This document shows positions 51,609 through 62,062 of a stretch of DNA of 64,000 bases, piece by piece (positions within the stretch are counted from its first letter, which is position 1; the number at the start of each line of letters is the position of its first letter). The stretch spans positions 8,635-72,634 of the forward strand of contig JAPOHH010000003.1 in assembly GCA_029979505.1 (NCBI GenBank), read 5' to 3'. The translations under genes were made by a program, and so were the position numbers. The notes beneath the pieces were generated by a model. It did no database searches, was not told where the DNA came from, and saw only the letters and a program-made list of their open reading frames with translations. The stretch comes from a bacterium. GTDB lineage: Bacteria > Pseudomonadota > Gammaproteobacteria > GCA-002705445 > GCA-002716945.

Positions 51609-52507
51609 AAATCTAAAATATTTAGTATCAACTGATAATAATCTATACCGTCTTTTATTGCAGCTTTTGGCACAAGACTGTGGTCAGTCATTCCTGGTAT
51701 CGTATTCAACTCTAATAAAATAATCTCATCAGCCTTTATAAAGAAGTCTACTCTACCCCATGTATCACAACCAATAATATTAAATGCATTTAAAATAGTA
51801 TTATTTATCGAAGCTGCTAACTCATTGTTTATTTTTGGAAAAGTAAATTCTGTAAGATTAGACGCATATTTAGCATCGTAATCATAAAAGTCATTGCCTG
51901 GCTTAATTTTAATTATAGGAAGTAATTGATTATGAAGAATTGCAGCCGTATATTCATCAGCAGAAATCTTTTCTTCAATTATAAATTGACGCTTTTTATC
52001 ATAATTATTAAGGAAATAACTAAATTCATTTGAATTAGATATTAAAAATATATTATTGCTTGAACCTGAACATGTATCTTTTATAAAAAAATGATCACCA
52101 TATTCTTTATAACAATAATTGTAATCTTGTGATTCATATATTTCATATTTTGGAATTATAAATCCATTCTGTTCCCATATTATTTTGGTATCGTATTTAT
52201 TAAATGATATTTTTGATGATTTCGCATCTGAACCACAATACTCAACTGATAGTTTATCGAGATATTTTTGAACTGTCCCATCTTCACCGCCCTCGCCATG
52301 AATTAGATTAAAAACCAAATCTATAGAGTTATCCCTAACTACTTTTTTTAAGTTTTCAAATGAATCTACCGACATGTCATAGAAGATAACATCATGTCCA
52401 TTTTGCTTGAGACAATTATAAACATCATTAGAGCTTTTAAGAGATATTAATCTTTCATTTGACCATCCTCCACCTAGAATACAAATTTTTGGTTCTCTAT
52501 ACCTCAT
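51596..52507 (-). CDS. ddl: D-alanine--D-alanine ligase
   Basis: GGWSNERLISLKS, HGEGGEDG, FYDYDAKY, LELNTIPGMT.HSL.P. Confidence 0.97.
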   Translation of the reverse strand: MRYREPKICILGGGWSNERLISLKSSNDVYNCLKQNGHDVIFYDMSVDSFENLKKVVRDNSIDLVFNLIHGEGGEDGTVQKYLDKLSVEYCGSDAKSSKISFNKYDTKIIWEQNGFIIPKYEIYESQDYNYCYKEYGDHFFIKDTCSGSSNNIFLISNSNEFSYFLNNYDKKRQFIIEEKISADEYTAAILHNQLLPIIKIKPGNDFYDYDAKYASNLTEFTFPKINNELAASINNTILNAFNIIGCDTWGRVDFFIKADEIILLELNTIPGMTDHSLVPKAAIKDGIDYYQLILNILDLCPE

Positions 52508-53337
52508 TTTACTAGAATAACCTCTTCTTGAAGATGAATGTTATATTTAGAAAAAACTCTCTTTTTCACAATTTTCATAAGCTGTAGAAATTCATTATAT
52601 GTACCAGAACCATCATTAATGAAATAATTAGAATGTTTTCTTGAAATATAAATTCCTCCTACTCTCATTCCTTTTAGTTCAGCTCCTTCTATTAATTTTG
52701 CTGCATAATCATCTTTAGGATTTTTAAAAATACATCCACATGAGAGCTGATTTATAGGTTGTGTATTTTTTCGGATGATATTTAGTTTGCTAAGCAAATT
52801 CTTGTTAAATTCTTTTACCTGATTATATAACGTAACTGAAATGATACTAGAATTTTTATCAATGTTAGATGTTCTGTAACTATAATTTAAGTCCTTATTT
52901 TTCATTTCATAAATTTTACCCTTATTATTTACTAGCTCTATACTGTGTACGTGTTGAAGAAGCTCGTCATTGAATGCTCCAGCATTCATAAATATTGCCC
53001 CTCCCATGGAGCCAGGTATACCATAAAGAAACTCAAAACCTGATATTTTATTTTTATATAAATATCTAGATGCTTTATTACATGAAATATTACTTGAACA
53101 GTAAATGAAATTAGTATCATGTGTGATAAATCTTTTCATTCTTTTTAAACTAATTATTGTTCCATCATAATAATCAGTAATAAAACAAATATTAGATCCA
53201 TTTCCAATGTACATATGCTTATGAGATTTATTTATTTTTAACAAATCATCAATTGATGAGGGACAAATAAATTCCTTGCATGTGCCACCAAGACCAATTG
53301 TTGTTATATTTTTGAGAGGATAATTATTTTGAATCAT
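52504..53337 (-). CDS. murB: UDP-N-acetylmuramate dehydrogenase
   Basis: GNGSN, GIPGSMGGAIFMNAGAF, YRTS, SCGCIFKNP, KHSNYFIN. Confidence 0.96.
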   Translation of the reverse strand: MIQNNYPLKNITTIGLGGTCKEFICPSSIDDLLKINKSHKHMYIGNGSNICFITDYYDGTIISLKRMKRFITHDTNFIYCSSNISCNKASRYLYKNKISGFEFLYGIPGSMGGAIFMNAGAFNDELLQHVHSIELVNNKGKIYEMKNKDLNYSYRTSNIDKNSSIISVTLYNQVKEFNKNLLSKLNIIRKNTQPINQLSCGCIFKNPKDDYAAKLIEGAELKGMRVGGIYISRKHSNYFINDGSGTYNEFLQLMKIVKKRVFSKYNIHLQEEVILVK

Positions 53338-54712
53338 TATGAAGTAAATTTATAATATTTCTTATATCGCCTGCTCCCTGTAGGAGTAAAACAGTATCTT
53401 TATCAATGAGTTGCTCAATTGTTTTTTTTACACTTCGTAATGATTTAATATAAATCTTACTGTTAACTTTTATTTTATTATATAAGAACTCCGAGTCATA
53501 TGATGTTCTTTTTTCCCCTGCAGAATATGTAGGCAAAAGTATAACTTTGTCTGTAACATTCAATACTTTAACCATCTCTCTCCAGGAGGATTTTGTTCTT
53601 GAATAGCGATGTGGTTGAAATACAATTAAGATTTTTTTGTTAGGATGAATGTCTTTGATGGTAACTATAGTTGATTTAATTTCAGAGGGATGATGTCCAT
53701 AATCATCAATTGTAAGTACATTATTATTATTAATAGAAATATCTTTATGTACATCAAACCTTCTAGAAACTCCATGAAAAGTTACAATAGACTTAATAAC
53801 CCTTGATAGTTTAATACCTATATGAATACAGACAGCTATTGCTGTTAATATATTATAAATATTATGCTTACCTAGAAGCCTGGTTGATACTAAATATGTC
53901 TTTCGATTGTAATGAATTGTAAATTTCATCATATGAGCACTACATAATATGTCAGTTGCATATAAATCATTATTTTTCTTAAATCCAAAAGTAAAAATAT
54001 TTCGATTAATATTTTTAGTGAGATGTAAAGAATTTTTATCATCACCATTGATGAAAACTTTTCCATAGAAAGGAATTGATTTTATAAATTCACGCATGCA
54101 GGAAATTAAATTTCTGAAAGAATTATTATAATTCTCTAGATGTTCTGCATCCAGATTAGTTATCGCAACAAGATGAGGTTTTAACTTTGTAAAATCTGGG
54201 TTACTCTCATCAGTTTCGGTTATTAGATAACTACTATTTCCTAGCTTGACATGAGGATCGTCTGTTTTGAGCATACCTCCAATCAAATATGTTGGATCCA
54301 AATGGTTTTTATGGAGTATATGACTCAATAAACTTGTGGTAGTTGTTTTCCCATGTGAACCAGTAATACTAATGCCATATTTTAATCTCATTAATTCAGA
54401 TAATATCTCCATACGAGAGAGTATAGTCATGCTATTAGCTCTAGCAAATTTCATTTCGATATTATTTTTTTTAATCGCATTAGAAAAAATTATAATATCG
54501 TTATTATTAATATTTTTTGGGTTATGGCCTATATGTACCTTTATCTTTAGCTTTCGCAATCTTTTTACAGACAAGGTATCTTTGATATCTGAGCCATGTA
54601 CTGAGAATCCTAAGTTATATAACAATTCTGCTATACCCATCATTCCAGCACCACCAATTCCAATTAAGTAAAATGATTTATTTTTAAGATGCTGTGTTAT
54701 GGAGTTTTTCAT
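53324..54712 (-). CDS. murC: UDP-N-acetylmuramate--L-alanine ligase
   Basis: GIGGAGM, GSHGKTTT, ETDES, DDYGHHP.E, FQPHRYSRT, QGAGDI. Confidence 0.98.
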   Translation of the reverse strand: MKNSITQHLKNKSFYLIGIGGAGMMGIAELLYNLGFSVHGSDIKDTLSVKRLRKLKIKVHIGHNPKNINNNDIIIFSNAIKKNNIEMKFARANSMTILSRMEILSELMRLKYGISITGSHGKTTTTSLLSHILHKNHLDPTYLIGGMLKTDDPHVKLGNSSYLITETDESNPDFTKLKPHLVAITNLDAEHLENYNNSFRNLISCMREFIKSIPFYGKVFINGDDKNSLHLTKNINRNIFTFGFKKNNDLYATDILCSAHMMKFTIHYNRKTYLVSTRLLGKHNIYNILTAIAVCIHIGIKLSRVIKSIVTFHGVSRRFDVHKDISINNNNVLTIDDYGHHPSEIKSTIVTIKDIHPNKKILIVFQPHRYSRTKSSWREMVKVLNVTDKVILLPTYSAGEKRTSYDSEFLYNKIKVNSKIYIKSLRSVKKTIEQLIDKDTVLLLQGAGDIRNIINLLHNDSK

Positions 54713-55778
54713 GCAATTCCGGAATATTTTGTAAGATTATATCACTAGAATCATTTGGAAAAAGAGATTTAACATTATTTGCCATTTTATATAATTCATT
54801 CTTATTTAATAAAAGGTGTTTGATAGTAATATTCAAATTTTCTTTAAATTTATTATCCTCTTGTATTATCACTGCCGCGTGATTTTCATGCAAATACCTT
54901 GCATTGATTAGTTGATGATTATCAGTTGCGTATAGGTAAGGAATTAAAATAGATGCTCTACCAGAACTTGATATCTCACTCAATGTCATTGATCCCGACC
55001 GTGAAATGATTAAATCAGACCATTCATAGAGAATTTCCATCTCATATGAAAACTCAATTACATCAACTTGGACTCCATATTTTTTATATTGTTCCTCAAG
55101 TTTATTTTTATTATTCATACCAGAAATATGCTTTATATTAATTGAATCGGAAAAGTGCAAAAAACATTCAGGGATATTTTCATTGAAAAATTTAGCTCCT
55201 TGACTTCCTCCAAAAATCAGGATGTTTATCTTTTGATTTTTTTCTTTATACTTTTGGTCAGGACCTGTTATGTTTTTAAATTTTTTTTTAAGTGGATTGC
55301 CAGATAATATAACTTTTGACTTTTTTTGAAATGTATTTGGAAATGTTTCAAATGTCCTCTTTGTAATTAAATTATTAATTTTATTCGCTGAACCAGCAAT
55401 TGAATTCGATTCATGAGCATACACTGGCAAGCGATATAAAAATCCAGCTAAACTTACAGAAGAACTTACATAACCTCCGAATCCTAATATGAAAATAGGT
55501 TTATTAGAAATTATAATTTTAAGACTTTGGAATATAGATTTCATAAAATTTAGTAGTCCTTTAATTTTATTTATGAAGTTTTTTCCTCTAATACCTGTTG
55601 ATGTTATATGTATTAATTTAATTTTTTTATTTTTTATTAATTTATTTTCGATACCATTCTTTGTTCCAATCCAAATAACATCGTAACCTTTTATTAATAA
55701 TAATTCAGAAATATTCAAAGCAGGTATTACATGACCGCCAGTTCCACTTGATGCTATTATTATTTTTTTATTGATCAT
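54684..55778 (-). CDS. murG: Undecaprenyl-PP-MurNAc-pentapeptide GlcNAc transferase
   Basis: GTGGHVIP, FGGYVS, HESN, GNP, FGGSQGA, RSGSMT.SE, HQ..NA. Confidence 0.97.
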   Translation of the reverse strand: MINKKIIIASSGTGGHVIPALNISELLLIKGYDVIWIGTKNGIENKLIKNKKIKLIHITSTGIRGKNFINKIKGLLNFMKSIFQSLKIIISNKPIFILGFGGYVSSSVSLAGFLYRLPVYAHESNSIAGSANKINNLITKRTFETFPNTFQKKSKVILSGNPLKKKFKNITGPDQKYKEKNQKINILIFGGSQGAKFFNENIPECFLHFSDSINIKHISGMNNKNKLEEQYKKYGVQVDVIEFSYEMEILYEWSDLIISRSGSMTLSEISSSGRASILIPYLYATDNHQLINARYLHENHAAVIIQEDNKFKENLNITIKHLLLNKNELYKMANNVKSLFPNDSSDIILQNIPELHEKLHNTAS

Positions 55779-56926
55779 ATGCTTCTATGAACTGCTTGAC
55801 TATGTGTTTGTTTCCTTTCAATTTGTATTCTAATTAGAATACCAATATACGTGAACATAAGAAGAAGGTTTGTACCACCATAGCTTATAAAAGGGAGTCC
55901 CATCCCTTTCGTAGGGAATAAACCAATATTGACTAACACATGTATTATGGTTTGTATCATCATTAATAGTATGATACTTAAAACTAGGTTTGATGAAAAC
56001 TCTGAAATCTTACGAGTACTACCATAGAAAATGAACATTCGCCAAAAAAGAACGACATATAGCAATAAAATAAAGATAAGGAAAATAAAACCAAGTTCTT
56101 CTCCAATGATAGCTAATATAAAATCATTGTACTGTTCAGGTAAATAAAATAATTTCTGCATGCTTGAACCCAAGCCTTGTCCAAAATAGCCTCCAGAAGA
56201 TAATGCTATTTGTGATGCAATAATTTGGTAACCACTTCCTTGTGGATCATTCCATGGGTTTATGAATGCAAGAAATCTTTGAACTCTATAAGGATATAAG
56301 ATAATTAGCAAAATAATTGGGATAATTGCAATTAAAGATACTCTCAATAAATGAGATAGTAGAACATTTGATATAAATGAATATATTAAAAATGTTGTGA
56401 ATAGTAATATCATACTTCCGAAATCTCTTTGTAAAACAATAATAAACATTAGTGTTGATGCAAAGACGAAGATCTTAAAAAAATCTTTATTGAAGTTATT
56501 TCGTACAATATATCCAGACAACCAAATAAAGAACAATAATCTTGATACTTCTGATACTTGTAAAGTAAAAAATCCAAGATTAATCCATCTGGTTGCCCCA
56601 TTTATAGTAACACCTACTCCAGGTATGTGAACTAGAAGGGATAGAAGCAAAGATAATAATAAAAAGAATTGGCTGTAATCATAGTAAAACTTTATTTTAA
56701 TATGCGTAACTATATAAAGAACAAATAAACCTAAAATTATAAATAATAATTGTTTCTTAAAAAAGAATAACGGATTTGAGAATTTAGTTGCAGCAAAATC
56801 TACAGTGGATGAAGTTACCATAACTAGTCCGATTATTATAAGACTTGTAACGCAAGCTAAGAAAAGTGAATCGAGACCTCTATTATCAAAAAAATCGAAA
56901 GTATTTTTAAACTTTTTTATTAGCAT
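55775..56926 (-). CDS. ftsW: SEDS peptidoglycan glycosyltransferase FtsW
   Basis: NGATRWI, QVSE, QRDFG, GYQ, LPE..NDFI..IIGEELG, LPFISYGG. Confidence 0.96.
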   Translation of the reverse strand: MLIKKFKNTFDFFDNRGLDSLFLACVTSLIIIGLVMVTSSTVDFAATKFSNPLFFFKKQLLFIILGLFVLYIVTHIKIKFYYDYSQFFLLLSLLLSLLVHIPGVGVTINGATRWINLGFFTLQVSEVSRLLFFIWLSGYIVRNNFNKDFFKIFVFASTLMFIIVLQRDFGSMILLFTTFLIYSFISNVLLSHLLRVSLIAIIPIILLIILYPYRVQRFLAFINPWNDPQGSGYQIIASQIALSSGGYFGQGLGSSMQKLFYLPEQYNDFILAIIGEELGFIFLIFILLLYVVLFWRMFIFYGSTRKISEFSSNLVLSIILLMMIQTIIHVLVNIGLFPTKGMGLPFISYGGTNLLLMFTYIGILIRIQIERKQTHSQAVHRSI

Positions 56927-58193
56927 AATAATTTACAAGATTTTTAAAGTGATCACCTCTTTGCTCAAAGTTTTTATAATGAGAGAAACTAGATGTGCCT
57001 GGCGAAAAAAGAATGGTTGTTTTTTCTCTAAAATCAGAAAATATATATGAAACAACTTCTTTTAGATTATTGAAAAATATTGTTTCAATATCTGGTATTA
57101 TTGCATTGTATATATCTTGTCTATTGTCACCAAATAATATAAGTAACTTTACTTTGTTATTAATTATTCCGGATAGCACGGAATAAGAAATATTTTTTTT
57201 ATCACCTCCCATAATCAAAGTTATGTTGTTTGAAATTGATTCAAGAGCATTTAGTGTTGAATTAGCATTAGTTGATTTTGAGTCATTAATAAATTTTGTA
57301 TTTTTGTAGCTATAAAAGCTCTCTAGCCTATGTGGTAATATTGAGCGCTTTGAAAAACCAATTAATGAGTCACTTAATTTAATACCTATTATTTTTAAAA
57401 CTGCTAAACAAGCACATAGGTTTAGGGCTTCATGTTTACCATTAATTTTGAAAATTCTTCCATTGAAGTTTATAGAATTATAATCCATTAATGAAATGCC
57501 ATTTATAATTTCTCCATTAATAAGAAAATTATTATTATGAACATTAAATGTATAGGATTTTTTTGGAGCTCCTATATCAGCATTAATAATTGAATTAATG
57601 GCGCCATTGAATATCTTAAGCTTGATGTCTAAGTACTCTTGCAAGGAGTTATGCCTGTCTAGATGGTCTTCAGAGATATTTAGTACTATTGAAATAAATG
57701 AATTTAAGTTTTGTATGTATTCTAACTGATAGCTTGAAAGCTCGATTATTACGTAACTGTAATCTTCCTCAAGAGCTTTAAAGAGTGAAACACCATTATT
57801 TCCGCATGCAATTGCTTTTTGATTATTATTATTTAAGATATCTGCAAGTAGATTCACTGTTGATGTTTTTCCATTAGTACCAGTAACACAAATATATTTA
57901 GCTTTTAATTGATGTTGGAGAAGCTCTACATCTGTTATAAATTTACAATCAAGATCAAGTAGTTGTTCCACATAATAATTTTGTTTTTTAATACCTGGAC
58001 TTATTACAATATAGTCGAAACTTTTGATATTTATCTTGCCAGATGTGGTCGAGATATTAACATTATCAATGTGCAAAATATCTTCAGTATTTATCGCTTG
58101 ATAAGTAATTGATTTTTTGTCAAAAAATACTCTACAGTTATTATAAGTTACGCCTTTACCAAGTATAAGAAACGACGACTTAGATAAGTTCAT
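56907..58193 (-). CDS. murD: UDP-MurNAc-L-Ala--D-Glu ligase
   Basis: SPG, TGTNGKTS, ELSSYQL, DHLDRH, HRLE, NDSKSTN, FEQRG; ATG 58193 overlaps the mraY stop. Confidence 0.96.
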   Translation of the reverse strand: MNLSKSSFLILGKGVTYNNCRVFFDKKSITYQAINTEDILHIDNVNISTTSGKINIKSFDYIVISPGIKKQNYYVEQLLDLDCKFITDVELLQHQLKAKYICVTGTNGKTSTVNLLADILNNNNQKAIACGNNGVSLFKALEEDYSYVIIELSSYQLEYIQNLNSFISIVLNISEDHLDRHNSLQEYLDIKLKIFNGAINSIINADIGAPKKSYTFNVHNNNFLINGEIINGISLMDYNSINFNGRIFKINGKHEALNLCACLAVLKIIGIKLSDSLIGFSKRSILPHRLESFYSYKNTKFINDSKSTNANSTLNALESISNNITLIMGGDKKNISYSVLSGIINNKVKLLILFGDNRQDIYNAIIPDIETIFFNNLKEVVSYIFSDFREKTTILFSPGTSSFSHYKNFEQRGDHFKNLVNYYANKKV

Positions 58194-59275
58194 CTTATTT
58201 TTAAAGTAGATAATGCTATCAACACAAGTATGAATGTTACTATCCAAAATCTCATGATTATTTTAGGTTCAGATAATCCTGATAGCTCATAATGGTGATG
58301 TAAAGGTGCCATTTTAAATATTCTTTTCCCATTTCTCAGCTTAAATGAGAGAACTTGTAAAATGACAGATATGACTTCAGCTATAAAGATACCGCTCATA
58401 ATTGCAAATGCTAATTCTTGTTTTAGAATTATTGCTAACAACCCCAGAGAACTACCAAGAGATAATGATCCGCAGTCACCCATAAATATTTCAGCTGGGT
58501 AAGAATTAAACCATAAGAATCCTAAACCTGCACCCACCAATGATGCTGCAAATATTGCTATTTCTCCTGACCCTTCAATGTATGGTATAAGCAAATATTC
58601 AGAAATAATCACATTCCCATGCACGTATGAAAAAATAACAAATGCTGATGCGATCAAAATACAAGGCAATATAGCAAGTCCATCCAAACCATCTGTTAAA
58701 TTTACTGCATTCGACGAACCAACTAATATGAATATTGCCCAAGGTATAAAGAGGATTCCTAAATAAAAACTATTGTCTTTCATAAATGGAACAACAGATT
58801 CAATTGCACCCGTTTGCATATATGTATATAAAAATATTGTGATTAATGAGGCAATAACTATTTGAAAAAAAAGTTTTAATCTTCCTTTAATGCCATCACT
58901 ATTTTTTTTTATTAATTTTTTATAATCATCATAGAAACCTATTAGGCCAAATCCTAGAATCCCAAATAATAATACTAATATATAGTTATTGTTTAAATCT
59001 GACCACAATAATGTTGATATCACTACGGAAAATATAATTATTACGCCGCCCATTGTCGGAGTAGTATTTTTATCATCTAAATGACTTTTTGGTCCGTCTT
59101 CTCTTATAGATTGGTAAAATTGTTTATTTCTTAAATATGAGATAATAGCTGGGCCTAAAAGAAGTGAGATTACTAAAGCTGTGAGTGCACCCATAACTAT
59201 CCTAGTAGTTAAATATAAAAATGCATTAAACCCAGTATTATATTGAGTAAGATATTCAAAAAAAGCTAAAAGCAT
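58190..59275 (-). CDS. mraY: Phospho-MurNAc-pentapeptide transferase
   Basis: TPTMGG, DDY.K, NAVNLTDGLDGL, FMGD, APLHHHYE. Confidence 0.99.
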   Translation of the reverse strand: MLLAFFEYLTQYNTGFNAFLYLTTRIVMGALTALVISLLLGPAIISYLRNKQFYQSIREDGPKSHLDDKNTTPTMGGVIIIFSVVISTLLWSDLNNNYILVLLFGILGFGLIGFYDDYKKLIKKNSDGIKGRLKLFFQIVIASLITIFLYTYMQTGAIESVVPFMKDNSFYLGILFIPWAIFILVGSSNAVNLTDGLDGLAILPCILIASAFVIFSYVHGNVIISEYLLIPYIEGSGEIAIFAASLVGAGLGFLWFNSYPAEIFMGDCGSLSLGSSLGLLAIILKQELAFAIMSGIFIAEVISVILQVLSFKLRNGKRIFKMAPLHHHYELSGLSEPKIIMRFWIVTFILVLIALSTLKIR

Positions 59276-59277
59276 AG

Positions 59278-60609
59278 TTATTTAAGTTCCTGGGCAATAA
59301 TGTCAAAATTCATGAAACGAGATGCTTTTATCAAAATAGCAGATTGACTATTAGATGTATTTTTTATGTATTCAATTAGTTTATTCATATCATTTGAAGT
59401 ATAGCAATTCTTGCCAAATATTGATTTAGCATCTTTCATATATTTTCCCATATAAAATAAATACTTTATTCCTAATTCTTTTGATAATTTAAATATCATT
59501 AAATGACTTTCATATGATTTGTCTCCAAGCTCACCCATGTCTCCCATTACGAATAACTTTTCACGATCAATTTGTGAAAATTGGTTTAGAGCAGCTTTCA
59601 TAGATTCTGGATTTGCATTATAAGAATCATCAAAAACTATTGATTTATTTTTCGCAATAAATCTATAAAATCTACCCTTCACTCCTGCGAATGCTCCTAA
59701 GCCTTCAATTACATCACTTATACTTGCGCCAGATTCCATAGATATTGCAATACTAAACAAAATATTTATAGGTAATACATTCTGGATAGCTTTTTTATCT
59801 ACTTCAAAAGTATTTCCATAAGTAGATACCTCATAAGTATAATCAGAATATCGTCTCAGAACATAATCTGCATTACCGTGCAAAGAAATGGTTACAACAT
59901 TTTTATTAATATTAATATTTTTCCACTGTTGATAGTATTTGTCATCTAGATTTAAGATTACTGTTGTTGTGTTTGAATGTGAAAAAATCTCTTCTTTAGT
60001 TTTGATTAAATTGTCCATATTTATAAATGATTCCATATGTGCTTCAGATACATTTAATAGCGCTGTTAAATTTGGCTCAGATATTGACGTTAAATATTTG
60101 ATATCACCTAACTTGCTAGCTCCATGTTCATATATACATTTTTTTGTTTCTTTTGAAGCATTAAGTATAGATAGTGGCAAACCTATTTGATTATTATAAT
60201 TTCCTATAGTCGTACTCGTTTCAAAAGATGTTTTTAATATAGATTCACATAGTTGCGTAACTGTTGTTTTACCATTAGTGCCAGTTATAGCAATAGTATG
60301 GGGAGAGCCTATCTTGTTTTTATACTTTCTGGCTATTATCCCTAGTGCAAGAATTGTATCGTCAACACTAATAGTCGTTACCCTTCGATCATTTATAACA
60401 TGTGATTTATTGTAAACTATACACTTTGCTCCATTATCGATAGCATTTGTAATGAAGTCATGACCGTTATATGTTTGTCCAGGTAGTGCTAAAAATAAAT
60501 CTCCATCTGTAACGTCTCTGCTATCAATAACTATATTATTAATTGAGGTATCATCACCGGTATATGTGCTGGAAAGATAATTTGCTACATCTGATATTTT
60601 AAGATTCAT
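59278..60609 (-). CDS. murF: UDP-MurNAc-tripeptide--D-Ala-D-Ala ligase
   Basis: IDSR, TGTNGKTT, NNQIGLP, DSYNANPESM, GDMGELG, KASR. Confidence 0.97.
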   Translation of the reverse strand: MNLKISDVANYLSSTYTGDDTSINNIVIDSRDVTDGDLFLALPGQTYNGHDFITNAIDNGAKCIVYNKSHVINDRRVTTISVDDTILALGIIARKYKNKIGSPHTIAITGTNGKTTVTQLCESILKTSFETSTTIGNYNNQIGLPLSILNASKETKKCIYEHGASKLGDIKYLTSISEPNLTALLNVSEAHMESFINMDNLIKTKEEIFSHSNTTTVILNLDDKYYQQWKNININKNVVTISLHGNADYVLRRYSDYTYEVSTYGNTFEVDKKAIQNVLPINILFSIAISMESGASISDVIEGLGAFAGVKGRFYRFIAKNKSIVFDDSYNANPESMKAALNQFSQIDREKLFVMGDMGELGDKSYESHLMIFKLSKELGIKYLFYMGKYMKDAKSIFGKNCYTSNDMNKLIEYIKNTSNSQSAILIKASRFMNFDIIAQELK

Positions 60610-62062
60610 GTTTTTTAATTAGTAAATTTAAATAATTGATATCATTATGTCTTATTTTTTTATTTTTCTTCAAGATATAATCTTCATTACCTTTTCCTAA
60701 TATGAAATTTAAGCTTTCTTTATTTGATTTCTTAAATAAATATTTAATCGCTTTTTTACGTGATTCTATAACTATATAGTTGTTGTGATTAAATCCTGAT
60801 TTAATATCATCGAGTATCGAATAGAAATTTTCATCTCTTGAATTATCTTCAGTGATTATTGATAAAGAAGAATTACTTTCCACAGCTTTTGCTATATTTT
60901 TTCTTTTAGATTTATCTCTATCGCCCCCGCACCCAAACAGTGTTGTGATATTAGAATTTGAATGAAAATCATTATATATATCCTGAAAGGATTGTATTGT
61001 GTGAGCATAGTCAATTATAAATCTACCTCTTTCTTTTGTGTTAACTACTTGTCTTCTTCCGGGTAATGGTTTTAGATTATCTATTGCTTTTTGTATAGTA
61101 TTATTTTTGAAATCTTCAAGATGAAGAAGTGTGCAAATATTTAATAATGAATATATATTAAAACTAATAAAGTTATTCTTAGGAAGCTTAATGATTTTAT
61201 TTCTTATATATATATTTCCTATTTTATCGTCATAAGTTACTAAGCAATTATTTTTATTTTTAATATCATTAGATATAAGAATTTTTCTTGTCTTATCTTG
61301 TAATGATATTTCATTCATTAATATGTCAGAGTCTTTATTTAAAATAGTACATTTAGACTGTCGTATGATAGAAATCTTTGCTCTTGCATAGTTTTTAATA
61401 CTCTTATGATAATCCAAATGATCACTATAGATATTTGTTATAAATGAATAGTCAAAACATATCCCTTTAAGCCTCCCCTGGTCTAATCCTTGTGAAGAGC
61501 ATTCAATAATTACATAATCATATTTTTTTGATAAAAAATTAAAATAGTTTTTGTAGATAACATCAATTGGTGGCGTCGTATAATCATTTTTTTTCAATGA
61601 TGGATATAGACCTACCCCCTCACTAGATATAACACCTACATTTTTATTTAAATTTGTGAGTGATTCTGCTAGCAATAAAACTGTTGATGTTTTTCCGTTA
61701 GTTCCAGTTACACCGATAGTCTTAGTTTTAGAATTTAAGATTTTCAAATTATTTTGATATATCTTATAAAAACAATTTTCAAGATTTCTCTGAACAAAAA
61801 AAGGTATGGTACTATTTACTTGTTTTCTGGTAAATTGAAAAGCGGATATGTATCCATATGCACCATTTTTTATTGCGTCTTTAATATTTATGAGATTATT
61901 TTCCCGCCTTGTATCTAAAGAAATAAAAATTTGTCCAGAAACTATTTTCCTTGAGTCAATTGAAAACTTATCATAAATATTTTTAGATATCCTTCCATTT
62001 AATTTTATGAACTTCTCTAAAAGATTCAGATTAATAGTTTCTTGTGACATAGTTTTGATCAT
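60599..62062 (-). CDS. murE: UDP-MurNAc-dipeptide--diaminopimelate ligase
   Basis: VTGTNGKTS, TTP, E.SS, DHLDYH, DYAHT, GCGGDRD, DNSR, GKG.E. Confidence 0.96.
   Translation of the reverse strand: MIKTMSQETINLNLLEKFIKLNGRISKNIYDKFSIDSRKIVSGQIFISLDTRRENNLINIKDAIKNGAYGYISAFQFTRKQVNSTIPFFVQRNLENCFYKIYQNNLKILNSKTKTIGVTGTNGKTSTVLLLAESLTNLNKNVGVISSEGVGLYPSLKKNDYTTPPIDVIYKNYFNFLSKKYDYVIIECSSQGLDQGRLKGICFDYSFITNIYSDHLDYHKSIKNYARAKISIIRQSKCTILNKDSDILMNEISLQDKTRKILISNDIKNKNNCLVTYDDKIGNIYIRNKIIKLPKNNFISFNIYSLLNICTLLHLEDFKNNTIQKAIDNLKPLPGRRQVVNTKERGRFIIDYAHTIQSFQDIYNDFHSNSNITTLFGCGGDRDKSKRKNIAKAVESNSSLSIITEDNSRDENFYSILDDIKSGFNHNNYIVIESRKKAIKYLFKKSNKESLNFILGKGNEDYILKKNKKIRHNDINYLNLLIKKHES

Noticed and set aside
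60830-60860. MurE DNSR instead of DNPR as altered peptidoglycan specificity
   Set aside because: The D, N and R residues that recognise meso-DAP are retained; the single substitution is unremarkable in such a divergent protein.
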